This document shows, in pieces, positions 1 to 12,859 of a DNA stretch of 64,000 nucleotides (positions within the stretch are counted from its first letter, which is position 1; every line of letters begins with the position of its first letter). A program made the translations under genes and the position numbers. Under the pieces are notes generated by a model. That model saw nothing but the letters and a program-made list of their open reading frames with translations, did not search any database and was not told where the DNA came from. This DNA comes from Paraspadella gotoi (lineage: Eukaryota; Animalia; Chaetognatha), in assembly GCA_051294375.1 (NCBI GenBank), contig CM119269.1, forward strand, positions 1,069,037 to 1,133,036. The letters run 5' to 3'.

Positions 1-107
1 TTTTTTTTTCTTTCCAGTTTTCCCTCTTTTGGCTGCGAGTTTTGGTAGCTAATGAGTTTTGGAGAAAAAAAACGAGAATCTTGTTGGCGAAATAGTCTTT
101 CTACTCT
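1..107 (+). repeat. Diverged copy of ~3407-3512, ending at a 25-N gap
   Basis: tttccagttttccctct...ggctgcgagttt..ggtagc.taatgagtt..tggaga...tagtctt.ctactct occurs at both places, with mostly indel-type differences. Confidence 0.85.
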
Positions 108-132
108 NNNNNNNNNNNNNNNNNNNNNNNNN
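108..132. other. Fixed-length 25-N assembly gap; also at 13565, 19880, 22683, 35493, 59793 and 60585
   Basis: Each of these seven gaps counts to exactly 25 N. Larger, variable gaps lie between 40828 and 51509. Confidence 0.95.
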
Positions 133-167
<35 letters not shown>

Positions 168-1959
168 CGAGACGAGAGAGAGAGAGAAGAAGAGAGAGGA
201 AAGGTGATGGAGAGAAAAAAGTATATTGTCGTTAAAATTCCTACTTTTTTTTAGCGACACCGCTTTTTCAGTTTAGAATTTTTACGCACAGGAAATATTA
301 TTTCCTACACGAACTAAAATGCCCTGCGGCCTTTTTAATTCAGCACGCCTTTCTTACGCCAACAGCACCCATTCTCAGCAAAGCAGAGCACCCTTCTCAG
401 CAAGCAGCAACGCTTCTTGAGCAAAACAAGATCTTCCCGTCCTATCGCAGATCGTTCGAAACCAGCCCTTCGGGCTTTAGGCGTTTCATCAAAATTAAAA
501 TCCCTTATGATTTTCATTCCAAAATTCTCATTCTCTCCTAATTCTCTCTGCCCTCTCCTCCTCATCTCCTCTCTCTCTCTCTCTCATCTCCTCTTCATGC
601 TCCTCTCTCTCTCTCTCTTCTCCTCTCTTTCTCTCTCTCAACCTCATCTCTCGTCGTTTAAGAAGGGCAGTAGAAGAGCTTTTATGACGGTCTTTTTTTT
701 TCCCCCTTCTTTTTAATTTCTTTACTTTTTCTTTCATTTCTTTTTTCCGTTATTTTTCTTTTTTAATCTTATTTTAATTCCTTCCAAAAAACCTTTTTTT
801 TTTTTTTTTATAAATCTCCTTTCTTCTCTGTCTTGCTAATCTATGCATCATCATCGAGTTTTGTTTTCTTTACTCTTTTCTAATCTTTTCCTTTACTTCA
901 TCTATGAAGACTTTCTAAACTGCTTCTTCCTTTTCTCTCTTTTTATTTTTCCTTCCCTCCCAGTCTTTTCTTATTCTGAATACTTCCTTCTCCTATTTCC
1001 TTCCTTTTTTTCACATTTGAGAAATAATTTGCTGAAAAATCACAATTCGACTTTAATTATGCGAATTCTTCGATATCGTCTAACAAAGCCGAAACTAAAT
1101 AATTTTTTTTTATCTTGCCGAATCAATTCTGTGATTTTTTCCGATAGAAATCTTATTTACCCCCCCCCTTTTTGGTTTTTAATATATTCTGATGTAAAAA
1201 AGAAAAGAAAGATGAACCAAATTTTAAATGAAGCTCTGCGAATCGAACCGCAGCTGACGCCACTCAAAAATAGACAAAAAGGGGATAATTAAATTACTTT
1301 TCATGGTTAATTTAATTTTTTTTCCTGAAAAGTTCGAAAAACAACAATCTACCTGATAATTATTTAGCTTTTGATTTTCTAAAATGACAGATAAATAGTT
1401 ATAAATAAAATAAATAAAAATTGACTACATTTTTCTGTACGTTTACCTTAGGAAAGCAAGTATATATAGTGTCCCTGCAGTCGCTGCCGAAATGAAAATC
1501 GCCCGAAAAAAATGTTTTATTATATTCACCTTTTTTGAAACTAAACTCATTCGTCATAATTGAAAGGAAGTAAAAAGTAAGCTGGTCGTTAGCCTGGCGC
1601 CCGAGGTGAGTTTTCGCATAAAGAAAAAAAAACATAAGACTGCAAAATAGGAATATTCGACAGTCTCGCTGTGTAGAATACTTTAGTTATCCCTTTAAAT
1701 AAAACATTGAGCGACACCTGCTGTTCGAATAACGGAATCTTTCGTCGAATTCACGATTGTCAACGGACTTCGCTTTCTTATTCCTGAAAAGAAATTTTTT
1801 CAGAGTTTTTAACCAAAAAACTTCCGTAACGGATTTTTCCAATTGAGAAAACTCGCTTCCATAAATTGCCGAGGGCATCAGCGAATTTCAGTTTCTTCCC
1901 ATCAAGATTTTACGGCTCTTAACTCTCTCCTCTTTCTCTCCTTTCTCTCTCTCTCTCTC

Positions 1960-2003
<44 letters not shown>

Positions 2004-2272
2004 GCTTCTCTCTCTCTCTCTACTCTCTCTCCTCTTTCTCCCCGTGGCGAATTTCATTTCCTAATGTTTTCTCATATGCTTGACACTTCCTCTCTTCACC
2101 GTCCCACCCCCACCTCCCTCCCTCCACCTGCCCCGAAGTCCACCTTCCTCCTCTCCACCTTCCCCCCCCAACTCATCTTTCTTTTTTTTTTATCTTTTTC
2201 ATTCTTTTTTTCTTCGCCATTTCCTCGTTTCCGTCATCCCTGTGTTTTTCCCAGTTTTGTTTTTTCTTCAGT

Positions 2273-2312
<40 letters not shown>

Positions 2313-3095
2313 CTCTCTCTCTCTCTCCTCTCTCTTCTGTCTCGACTTCCCTGCTAACGGTTCTCCCATTAGGAGGGAAAAACCCGAAACTCGCCCGATG
2401 AAATTGTCCCCCATGACGAGTCAGAGGTCGGGGCGGCCCGGGAGACAAGGCCGGGCGAGGGTGGGTAGAGGTGGCGGAAATAAGGGGAGGGGGAAAGAAG
2501 GGAGGTCTCGTCGGGGTAACAAGAGTTCACCCCCTCTGGGTTTCTTAGAAGATTTTTTCGGGTTTCTTTTGAAATTTATTTAGTACAAAGAAAACTTAAA
2601 ATTCCTAAACGCTTTTTTAAAAAAAAAAGGTGTTTGGGCAGTTGTGGCTTCGATAAAAGAGGAAAAATGAAACTCTATTGAATTGTCTATTGGGTTTCAT
2701 GTTCTAAATGGGAAAATGGGAATTTCTTTGAAAAATGGCCTCGGTGTTTCATTTCTTCAATAGTGAACCGCAGCGACGTATTTTCCTCTTTTTTTTTATT
2801 GCGCTATGCGAATAAATGAAAGAAAACTCCCATAAGCTTTGAATTTGTTGATGGCCGCAATGGAACTGCTCGCCAAAAGTGAAAAATCTTTACGAACGCC
2901 AAAGAAAATTAAAAATAAACAGTTTAAAAAGCAAAACAAAACAAACAAAAATTTTCGGGCCGTTTGAACTTTGCGACTCTCCCGAAAGTTAACGTTGCTG
3001 TCCCTGATTCTCCCTCTTCCCTCTCTCCCTCTCTTCTTTCCCTCTCTCTCCCGACGATTCCCCAAATCGAAACAAAGGCTTGAAGAGGAAAACTT

Positions 3096-3126
<31 letters not shown>

Positions 3127-3501
3127 TTCTCCTCTCTCTCTCGTTAAAAAAAAACAAAAAAAGCAAAGAGCGAATCCGTTTCTCGGAAATTTCGGGAAAT
3201 CGAGTTGTCGAAAAAACTCTGACCTCTATTCGCCCCCTTCGGTGATTAAATGGGCACCAAACCATTCCTTATTTTGATCCAGAGAATAAAAAAAAAAAAC
3301 TTCTTTGCTTCGTTCGCCAAGAAAAAGATGAGAAATCGTTAAATCTCAAAAACTCGTAAAATAAAAAAATAAAATAAAAAAACAAAAAGCATTCGTATTT
3401 ATTTATTTTTTTTTCTTTCCAGTTTTCCCTCTTTGTGGCTGCGAGTTTTTGGTAGCCTAATGAGTTGTTGGAGAGAAAAAAAATAGAATTCTTGTTAGTC
3501 T

Positions 3502-3558
<57 letters not shown>

Positions 3559-3896
3559 CTCTCTCCTCTCCTCTCACTTTCTCTCTCTCTCTCTCTCTCT
3601 CCTTCCTTTTCATCTCTCATTTTTTGTCACCTTGTTTTTTTCCATTCTTCCATCGAGTTGAAATTCTGTCTTTTTTCCTCTCTCCACCTCCTCTTCCTTC
3701 TAATAAACTTTTTTCTCCCAACCCATTGTTAATTTCTATTTTCCTCCCTCCCCTTTTCCTCCCTCCCCTTTTCCTAGCTTCTCTGTCAACTTCTTTCTCT
3801 CTCTTCTTCTTCGACTCCTTTTCCTCTTCCTTCTCTCTCCGTTGGCGCCGTTCTTTGTTATGGTAAAACGAGAGAGAGTTCGGAGGAAGGATTTTG

Positions 3897-4020
<124 letters not shown>

Positions 4021-4485
4021 GGGAAAAGTGAAGTTGGCGGGATATGGGAGCCAAATGGAGGTGATAACTGTTAAAGGCCTAAATCGATTACTCGTAGGAA
4101 AAATTAATACATTTGAGGTTTAAAGGATCACACAGATAGTGGAGACTTCAAGAGAGAGAATGTCAAGAATAGGAAAAAAATAAAAATCTCTGTTGCACGT
4201 CGTTGTCGGAGGGAAAATGTCCGAGGCGATGATGGTCAACGCATCGAGCGTGGGCGCTGTGAGTTCCCTCGCGAATCGCGATGGTTATGAATGGTGATTC
4301 TGGTTTCAGAATTGCGCGCCTTGGGGATTGACGTTTGGGTCGGCATGGGGGATGAGGAAGAGGAGGAGGAGGAGGCGGAGGAGGAAGAGGAGTAGCTGTT
4401 GTTGGGAAGTGGCCACGCCCACCGCTTGTCCGCGGACGGAGGAGAAGCAGCCGAGGAAGGGGATGGAGAGAGAGAGAGACTGAGA

Positions 4486-4522
<37 letters not shown>

Positions 4523-4784
4523 ACTCTAAGATATTATGTTATCTGGAAATCCGGCCTTTCGGAAATGCTGTTCGATCCATGATTGGTTCTTCCATTAATT
4601 TGTTTTATGTTTCTGCTTCTCTCTTCTTTTCTTTTATTTTCTTCTCTGTTATTTTCTTTTCTTCTTTTCTTTATTTATTTCAATCTTTCTTTTGTCTGGG
4701 TTTCTTGATTTTTTTCCTTTTTTTTCTTTTAATTTTTTCCCTTTTTGGTATTCGTTTATTGGTCGTTTTCTTTCTTTCTTTCAT

Positions 4785-4787
4785 TTT

Positions 4788-4871
<84 letters not shown>
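4785..4871. repeat. (TTTC)n microsatellite; similar tracts at ~9130-9227 and ~11015-11060
   Basis: Directly visible tetranucleotide array. Confidence 0.97.
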
Positions 4872-5967
4872 GCTAATCTCCTATTTCTATATTTTCACCC
4901 ACTCTATTTCCTTTTCCCTCTCTCATCCCCCCTATCTTCCTTTTCTTCTTCCATCAATACCACCCTATTCTCTTTCTCCATAAAGCGAACCGCATATTTC
5001 TCCAACAATTATCATATTTACGACGTCGTCTTGATCCTCGGTTTTCCTGAGTCGGAGAATAACGGAATCACACTCTCGGCAATCACAACTTAACCTCGCT
5101 CCCCAACACTACCGAAAAGAGGCATGTTAATTTAATTATAAACTATACTTCGATAAAATGCTCACACCCAACTAATCCAGATACTCTCACCTCGAACTTA
5201 TTTTTTTTTCTTTACCCATTTGGGAAAATTAAATGGTAAACAAAATAAATTTTAAAGATGAAAGATATGATGACGGAAGTAACTAGAAACGTTTGACCAA
5301 ATCCATTATCGACGACAACATACGACAACATACAACAGTGGCAGCATAAAAAGAGACAACAACAACAACAACTACAAAAGGAATACAGGAGATAAAAATG
5401 GAAAGAGAAAGTGAAGGGATAAAGAGAGAAAGGATGAAGTAAAGAGATAAAGTGGAAAGAGAGAGAAAGAGAAATAGGGAAGAAAAAGAAAGAGAAAGAG
5501 AGAAGGAAAGAGAAAGAGGAACAGAGAAGGAAAGAGAAAGAAGAACGAAAATGGGGGAAACAAAGAGAAACTCTATTTCTGTTGCGTCCGGACCCCAAGT
5601 TATTTTTAGACGAAAACAAAGCAACGAAATGAGAAAAGAGGAGAAAGAGAAAAAGGATGAACGAGTTCCGGTTCCGATTCCGGTTCCCCCTTCGAAAAGA
5701 CCGAGGATTTTCCGGCCAAATGACCGAGAGGGACCGAGGGGGGGAGAGGATTCGGTCAGACTTTTTCGTAGTGAAACTCAATCTGGGAAAAGATTTAAAT
5801 AAAAATTACATGTGACGATACGCAAAAGATAATAAAAAAGATAGAAAAGGCAGAGAGGAGAGAGATAGAAGATAGATAGAGAGAGGACAGAGAGAGACAG
5901 AGAGAGACAGAGAGAGACAGAGAGTGATAGAGAGAGAGATACATGAGAGCAGAGAGAGAGAGATAAA

Positions 5968-6052
<85 letters not shown>

Positions 6053-6054
6053 AT

Positions 6055-7772
6055 GTATGTATTGAATGTATAAAACAGATACGGCCTTGGGCACGCCTAA
6101 TGCGGCCTATAACAGCCTTTTAAGTAAGAGTACAGTAAATTACGATGTTTAAAATACAATTCAAGATCTTGAAAATAACTTTTCAAAACAAAAAAAACGA
6201 TAACTTTTCAAAACAAAACGATAAAATTGGGTAATAGATCAAAAAAAATTAAAAGTAAAAAGAAGAATGGTTAGGGCAATAACAACCATAAAACTCTAAA
6301 CAGCATTGGTTTGACTTCTTATCTTCCTCGTAGCAAAATGTGAGTGGGAGATTTGTGAGATTGGGATTTTTTAGATCGAGTTCTTCTAAAAATTGGTTTG
6401 AAGAGAGAATTGTTTTTCACAATATCCTTTAATCTCTTTTTCCTTTTGAAATAATTAGATTCTTTCAAAGTAGGTATCCTGCAGCGTCATAGACTTAGTT
6501 TTGCTGATGTGTGGATTGGAAGTCGTTAAAAAGGTTCTGAGAGCACGCAAATGGAGCTTTTCAACTTATTGACCATTGATAGTCTGACATGTGAGCCAGA
6601 CAATGCTCGAGTAGTCAAATATTGAAAGAACAGACTATTGTCACCTGAAACACGGTTTTTGAAATTGTTGCTTTTTTTATTTTTGACAAGTTTATTGATT
6701 GCAAAAATTTTGTTGTTTAGCTTTGTCCACAAGCTGGTCGATAAACTTTGTCCACATTAGTTTCTCATCCAGAGTCATTCCTAGTAGAGTAAATTCTTTA
6801 CGATGACTATTTTTTCATCTCTTAAGTAGAGTTCAAGATTCTCTTTTTTGTGCCTTGGGGCATCTGCTGAAAATAGTTTGGCACGATTTGCCCGGAGAAA
6901 GCTGGAGTTGCATGTTTCGCACCACGTATAATTTTATGAAGAACAGGCTGTAGTTTACTTTGAGCTTCGTTTATTGTTTTTCCTTTTTGCCCAAACTGAG
7001 GTATCATCTGCATATTTGGCACCCTTTGCTGATTAACCACCCGTGTTGCGTTTGGAAGTCATCTACATAAATGTAAAGAGTTAGGGCTATTATGCCGCCC
7101 TGTGGGTGCTCCTTTCTGCAAAATTACCGTCTTTGAAACGAGATCCCCTTCAGTACATTCATTTCTCGGTTTTTTAGATATGAATAGACGATTCTCAACA
7201 GATTTTCGGATACCCAGCTTTGAACATTTTAGTATAAGGCCGTCGCTCCACATTGAATTGAATGCAACGAAAAATCTAGGGCTACAGCCACTGTACACTT
7301 TCTTTCTCTGAAGCTTGAGTTAATATCTTCAACAAGTCTGACCACCGTTTCTGAGCACCTCTTGCCTTAATATAGGCAGATTGAAGTGGGTCATCGATTG
7401 CAGTATTTTAGTTTGATTAACGCAACTCAATTTTTATACATCTTTCTAGGAGGTTTGTCAAACAACTGAAATTAAACTTTGATTTGGTCGATAACTTTTT
7501 ACTCTGTTGATCCTTCCCCGACTTCATGAAATATTCTTAGATTTGAATGCTTCATGCCCTTTGGAGCAGTCACCTTTCTTAAAACATTCTTTCATGATCT
7601 CAAACCAGAAGAATGATTCCAACTTATTGGAAAGACTTTTCAACATACGTGGATGTGATGCCATCCTTTCCTTTGGAGCAGATCGATTTTTTAATCTTTT
7701 TATGAAAGCCTATTACGTTTTCAATATTGCAGATTTTTTCTAACTCAGATGGATGTTAGTAAAACTAGGTTC
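6055..7772 (-). mobile_element. 5'-truncated non-LTR retrotransposon (LINE, jockey/I/CR1-type RT), frameshifted
   Basis: Manual minus-strand translation across frameshifts gives RT motifs in the expected order: RSAP.GKDGI (~7660-7685); KSGKD..SYRP.SLISV..KLLER (~7440-7525); LQSAY..ARG (~7360-7385); AF.SMWSDGLILK..KLGI (~7210-7270); QKGAP.G...SP (~7080-7120); LYIYVDD (~7060-7080); AKYADDT (YADD at 7003-7014). An AT-rich 3' region follows, ending in a TACATTCAA/TACA-like tail near 6055-6075. Confidence 0.9.
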
Positions 7773-8145
7773 GAGAGAGAGAGAGAGAGAGAGAGAGTGA
7801 CAAAAAAATTGTCCCGGGAATTTGTTTTAATCCTTCCACTAACCCGATGGATTAGATGGATGTTGCTCGTCAGCTAATCGTCCTTTGTCTCTTTACCTCC
7901 CCTTTCATTTCGCTCTATTTTGTTTTTGATCCTTTTAAAAACTTGAATATTATCATACAAATTATCATACAATCATACTTTATCATACGAATTATTTCTT
8001 CGCCGCTCAACGACTGGAATGTCGTTCGGAATATAAGTTTATTAGTTTTTAAATTTAATTAATTAATTTTAAATTAAATTTAATTATCTGCACTTTTGTA
8101 TAAGAAACTGATGGGTGATAAAGACAATCTCGTTGCAAAGTGCAG

Positions 8146-8195
8146 AAACATTTAAAACGTTTAAAACATTTAAAACGTTTAAAACATTTAAAACT
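8146..8195. repeat. 9-bp quasi-palindromic tandem repeat (AAAAC[A/G]TTT) x~5
   Basis: aaacatttaaaacgtttaaaacatttaaaacgtttaaaacatttaaaac. Confidence 0.9.
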
Positions 8196-8561
8196 CTTAT
8201 TTTTAATTATGAATTTCGACTTCCGTTTTTCTTTTGCTTTAACGTCATCTTTCATCTCGTTTCAATTTTCTCATTCTTCTCCCCCCCCCCCGCCGGGCCC
8301 TTTATTCTCTCCGTTTAATAAACCTTTTCCTCATTACGACTTCTCTCGCTTTCTCCACGCGCCTTGACTCTCCCTCACGGCATCGCCCGACAGGATTTCG
8401 CTTCCTTTCCGCATTTTAATGCCTCATCAGGGCATTTTCTCCTTTTTTTTCCCTGGGCACCTGGTCTTGAGCTGACGCTCGACAATGGCCAAAAAAATAT
8501 CGGGACTCGTTGGATCATAAAGAGTCATCAAACCTTCGAACGAAGAGGCTTTACGACTTAA

Positions 8562-8601
<40 letters not shown>

Positions 8602-9132
8602 CAGTTGCTCTTGAGGAAAGCGGGTGCGAAAGAATGCTGAGAGGCTCTCACCCGTAAAGGTCTCTACCGGGTGGTTGACAATTAGTGAATTTATGATCAT
8701 ATGACAATTGGGAACTTTTGTTTTAATACAACCTATATAAAAATTATCCATTCATTTAATAAATAAGCTATCTTGCCCCAGACTTTGGACAGGCTTTGGT
8801 AGTTTAAGGCCTCCATCACTCTTACAAGATAACGACATAGCAGGTCCCTGCAAGCTTTCAATCATCATAATATTATTTCGACTTAAACGCATATTTGGCA
8901 CAACGATTTATTTTTGGCTCATGAGAACCTCGTGCGCACGTGAACTTATCTGATGTTTTTGAGGTGAGTTCGGCGTAGCCTTGTTTGTTCTCTTAACTTA
9001 AACAATTTGACCTTGACTTTGACTGGAGGGTGAGTTCAGGCGCGAGTAAACAAATCCCTTTGATCTCAGGTTGGTGATGTTTTCTCTTGATACCTTGATA
9101 AAAAAGCTCTTGTATTTCTTTCTTTCTCTTTT

Positions 9133-9227
<95 letters not shown>

Positions 9228-9310
9228 ATCTATCTCTCTTTGTTCCTTAAGTTGCTCAACATGCACATATTTTCTCATAGTGTATTAATCTATTCTTGCG
9301 TAGGGTGATA

Positions 9311-9447
9311 AGCAAAAACAGATTTGAGATTCAACAACGATTTGTTCATTTAAAAACGGACATGTTTCGACTTTGTTTTTTGTTTTTCAGCGTTTTCAAA
9401 GACGAAACATATCCGTTCTTAAATTGAATCTCAAATCTGTTTTTGCT
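9311..9447. mobile_element. Hairpin / MITE-like element with perfect 24-bp terminal inverted repeats
   Basis: agcaaaaacagatttgagattcaa (9311-9334) is the exact reverse complement of 9424-9447. The inner arms tttaaaaacggacatgtttcgactttg and caaagacgaaacatatccgttcttaaa pair with 3 mismatches. Confidence 0.75.
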
Positions 9448-9612
9448 AAACATATGTTCTCTAATTTTCTGCATGATTAAGGCTCGCCTGATTAAAATAA
9501 CAATTTATTGACATTTCATCCTCGGAACTAACGACTAATTTGCGGCGACAATCATCAAGGGAATCGAGGCGAAAATAATTAGCATCTCCACAATAAACAA
9601 AGCGTATAGTAG

Positions 9613-9645
<33 letters not shown>

Positions 9646-9854
9646 TTCTCTCTACTTTTCTACCTCTCTTTCTTTTCTTTTCTCCCCTTTCTTATCCTTT
9701 CCCTCTTTTTCAACATCTTAATGTTTCTCGCTGCTGATTCAACTCTGACTTTCTCTTTCCGAAGCTCATCCATCAACCCTTCTTCTTAACCTGAACCTCA
9801 TCTTCCTCTTCCTTCTCCCTTTTCTCTTCTTCTCTCCTTCCCCTTATCCTTCCT

Positions 9855-9925
9855 CTTCTTCTTCTTCTTCTTCTTCTTCTTCTTCTTCTTCTTCTTCTTC
9901 TTCTTCTTCTTCTTCTTCTTCTTCC
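9855..9925. repeat. (TTC)n microsatellite
   Basis: Directly visible. Confidence 0.98.
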
Positions 9926-10424
9926 TCTTCCTCTTTTAAAGTCTTTGTTAATCCGTTGCCAAATCTTTTTCTTAGTTTCCGTCTTCAGTAATTTAGTTGT
10001 TCCTTTTTAACCACGTCTTACGTCTTGTCTTTCATTATCATAATTAATATCATCAATTATTGATTTGTTCTCCAATCTTACCTTTCTCCCCTCATTTTCT
10101 CTATTCCTTTTTTTCATTTTCTCACCTGATTCCTATTTTCCTTTTTTCCTTTTTTCCTTTTTTCCTTTTTTCCTCCTCCTCATTGATCTTCAATTTCCTT
10201 CTCCTTCTCTCGCCTTTCCTTTTCTCTTCCATTAATCTTTACTTTTTCGGGCGAGCGAGTTTATTCGGTGGAACGTGGCCTAGATGTTCCCAAGTTCGAG
10301 GCCGAGTCTCTGCTGTTATCGTTCCAGATATGCGTGGCTCAATTGCTGATGTGACTGTTTCCTTTACGTTTGATTTCCTTCCAGTTTTCTATATGCGTAC
10401 TTACCTACTACTTCTTATACCGTT

Positions 10425-10642
10425 AATTTGCCTGTAGTTGTTGATCATTTGTTAAGACAGAAAAAAACCTCAAATCTAAGGGACAGCTCGTGCCCAATTC
10501 AGGAAATCTTAAAACTAAAAGGAATAAAAGACGGAATTTCGATGCAGTGCATGTCATAAATACAATGGCTAAGAAAGTTTTTTAGTCATGTCATGTCATA
10601 TATTGTCATACCCAAATAAAGTCACTGCGGCACAACACATTA
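10425..10642 (+). mobile_element. Partial DINE-1/HINE-like element, copy A (lacks the palindrome end)
   Basis: Shares catttgttaagacagaaaaaa.cctcaaa...ggaataaaaga.ggaattt...gtcactgcggc.caacacatt with 11230-11370 and 36285-36485. Confidence 0.7.
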
Positions 10643-10675
10643 TAATTACCTAAAACAAGGAATGGTTATTCCAAG

Positions 10676-10938
10676 GTGTTGCGTCGCATTACTTTTTTTT
10701 TTACTTATCATATCATTTATTCCTTATAGTTTATACAATTTCTTTAAAAACAAAAGGCGGCACCAGTAGTCGCTTAGATTTGATTTTTAACAAATGAGCA
10801 ACAAACTATAGGCAAGTTATAAGTGTTTTTAATGTAAGTGGGATGGACAGACGGACAAATATACCGACCGACGGACCGACCGACCAAAAAGTGACTTATA
10901 GAGTTGCTCCGCGAGTACTCAGGGCGCAACTAAAAAAA
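10676..10938 (-). mobile_element. DINE-1/HINE-like element, copy B (inverted relative to A and C)
   Basis: gtgttgcg.cgca ... ttattccttatagttt ... aggcggc ... ttaacaaatgagcaac.aactataggc ... (GACC/GACG)n ... tatagagttgctccgcgagtactc..ggcgcaactaaaa. Confidence 0.75.
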
Positions 10939-11014
10939 ATAAGAAATTTAAGTTTCTCCCTCTCCTCTTCCTCTTCCTCCTCCCATTGGTTCTGCCATCG
11001 ACGATTTGTTCTTC

Positions 11015-11062
<48 letters not shown>

Positions 11063-11139
11063 TTCCTTTTCTGTTTCCTCTACTTTTTCTCCTTTTATTT
11101 TTCTCTCTTTCCCTTTATCAATCATTTAATTTCCTGGGC

Positions 11140-11370
11140 CTGGAGTACTCGCGGAGCAATTCTATGAGGCACATTTCGGTCAGTCTGTCTGTCTGTCGGT
11201 CTTCCCCACTTACGGTAAAAATGCTCATAACTCGCCTATAGTTGATTGCTCATTTGTTAAGACCGGAAAAAAACCTCAAAACTGACTGCTAGCGCCGCCT
11301 TCAGTAAATCCTAAAACTATAAAGAATAAAAGACGAGCTCAGAAAGTCACTGCGGCGCAACACACATTTG
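11140..11370 (+). mobile_element. DINE-1/HINE-like element, copy C
   Basis: gagtactcgcggagcaattctat, (GTCT)n, cctatagttg.ttgctcatttgttaagac, gctagcgccgccttcag, gtcactgcggcgcaacaca. Confidence 0.75.
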
Positions 11371-11584
11371 ATTTTCTTGTTTTTCCTTCCCGAGTTAACC
11401 CATTCTTCATCAAACTTATTTTATTTCTTTCTTTTCTTCCTCTCTCTTTTCCTCCCTCTCTTCCTCCTTTCTCCTCTTCCTCCACCCAGAGGTCCTCCCT
11501 CCAACGATTTGTTCTTTTCCTCTTTCAATTTTTCCCACCTCGAGACGGAAGCCAGGAGGCCGCCGTTCATTAGCGTCGAAGGAG

Positions 11585-11615
<31 letters not shown>

Positions 11616-11764
11616 GCGAAAGTAAAAAAAATCGTTTTCTTAATTTTTCAAGGGGAGAACCCCCCATTTTGTTTTTTTTTGCTCCTACAGTAGGAGCTCG
11701 GAGCAGTTCGAATCTTCGAACCATTTTTTTTCTATTTACGTTTTATTGTAATTTTTTTTAAACC

Positions 11765-11804
<40 letters not shown>

Positions 11805-12759
11805 GGAAAAAATAATCCGGAAAAAGATTTATTTTCAAAGAGAGAGATGACAAATACTGCTCTTGGGAGGAAATTCATTTCTTTAAATTCATTTTTCTCC
11901 TCGAGAATGAATTCTCGTTATTGTTATCATTATGGTTGAGTTTGATTCAAATTCGAGCGAACGGGGATAAACAATCGCCGACGGCAAAGAGAGAAGATTG
12001 AAATTCGCGAATAAAGAGACAGAAATCGGAGATCGGAATCCACAAAAGTCAGAGCAAAATGGATCAATGTTGATCAGACATTTAATTTCGATACCTTTTC
12101 TCTCGGAGAGTACTTCAATAAAGTCTTTGCATTCCGTTGCACCGCATGTAGATTATGCAACATGCTGCGATTTTAAACTAAACAATATAGACGAAAGGCA
12201 TAAAATATGAAAGAACCGAGAGAAAAATTCGAAATCTTCCTTAATTTATGATCCCATTTGCTTCCTTTTTTATTTTCTTTTCTTTCTTTTCTGCGTAGAG
12301 CGACGGGAAAAAGCATCAACTGTTACTCTCTCTGCGGGCGGGACAAGATGGCGGAGACGACGACAATGACGACGACAAGATGGCGGCTACGACGACGTCG
12401 GCTGTCGGAGTCGAGACGAAAATTGGTGGGTCTGTGATCCTGCTTGTGGGGAAGGATTGTGGGGAGTTGAATTGAGTTGAAAAAGAAAGAAAGAAAGAGA
12501 GAGAGAAAGAATGAAATATAAACAATTTAAAGACTCGGATTTGATTAAAAACGTCGGTTCATTCATTGACATGGATCACTTAGTCTTTATTATTGTCATT
12601 GTCATAAATGTTTGATACTCCGATGTAAAGTTTAAAGTTCTGCACTATTCAATTAGTGTATTTTTGAGCAAATTACAGAAAAACCAAAGAAGTTTTCTGT
12701 GGTTGAATAACGAACAATGGATTGGAGATTTGAATAATCGAACAGTGAGAGAGAGAGAG

Positions 12760-12812
<53 letters not shown>

Positions 12813-12859
12813 TTGGGGGGGGGGAAGAAAGTCAGATGGGGAGGGAAAGAAGAGGATAT

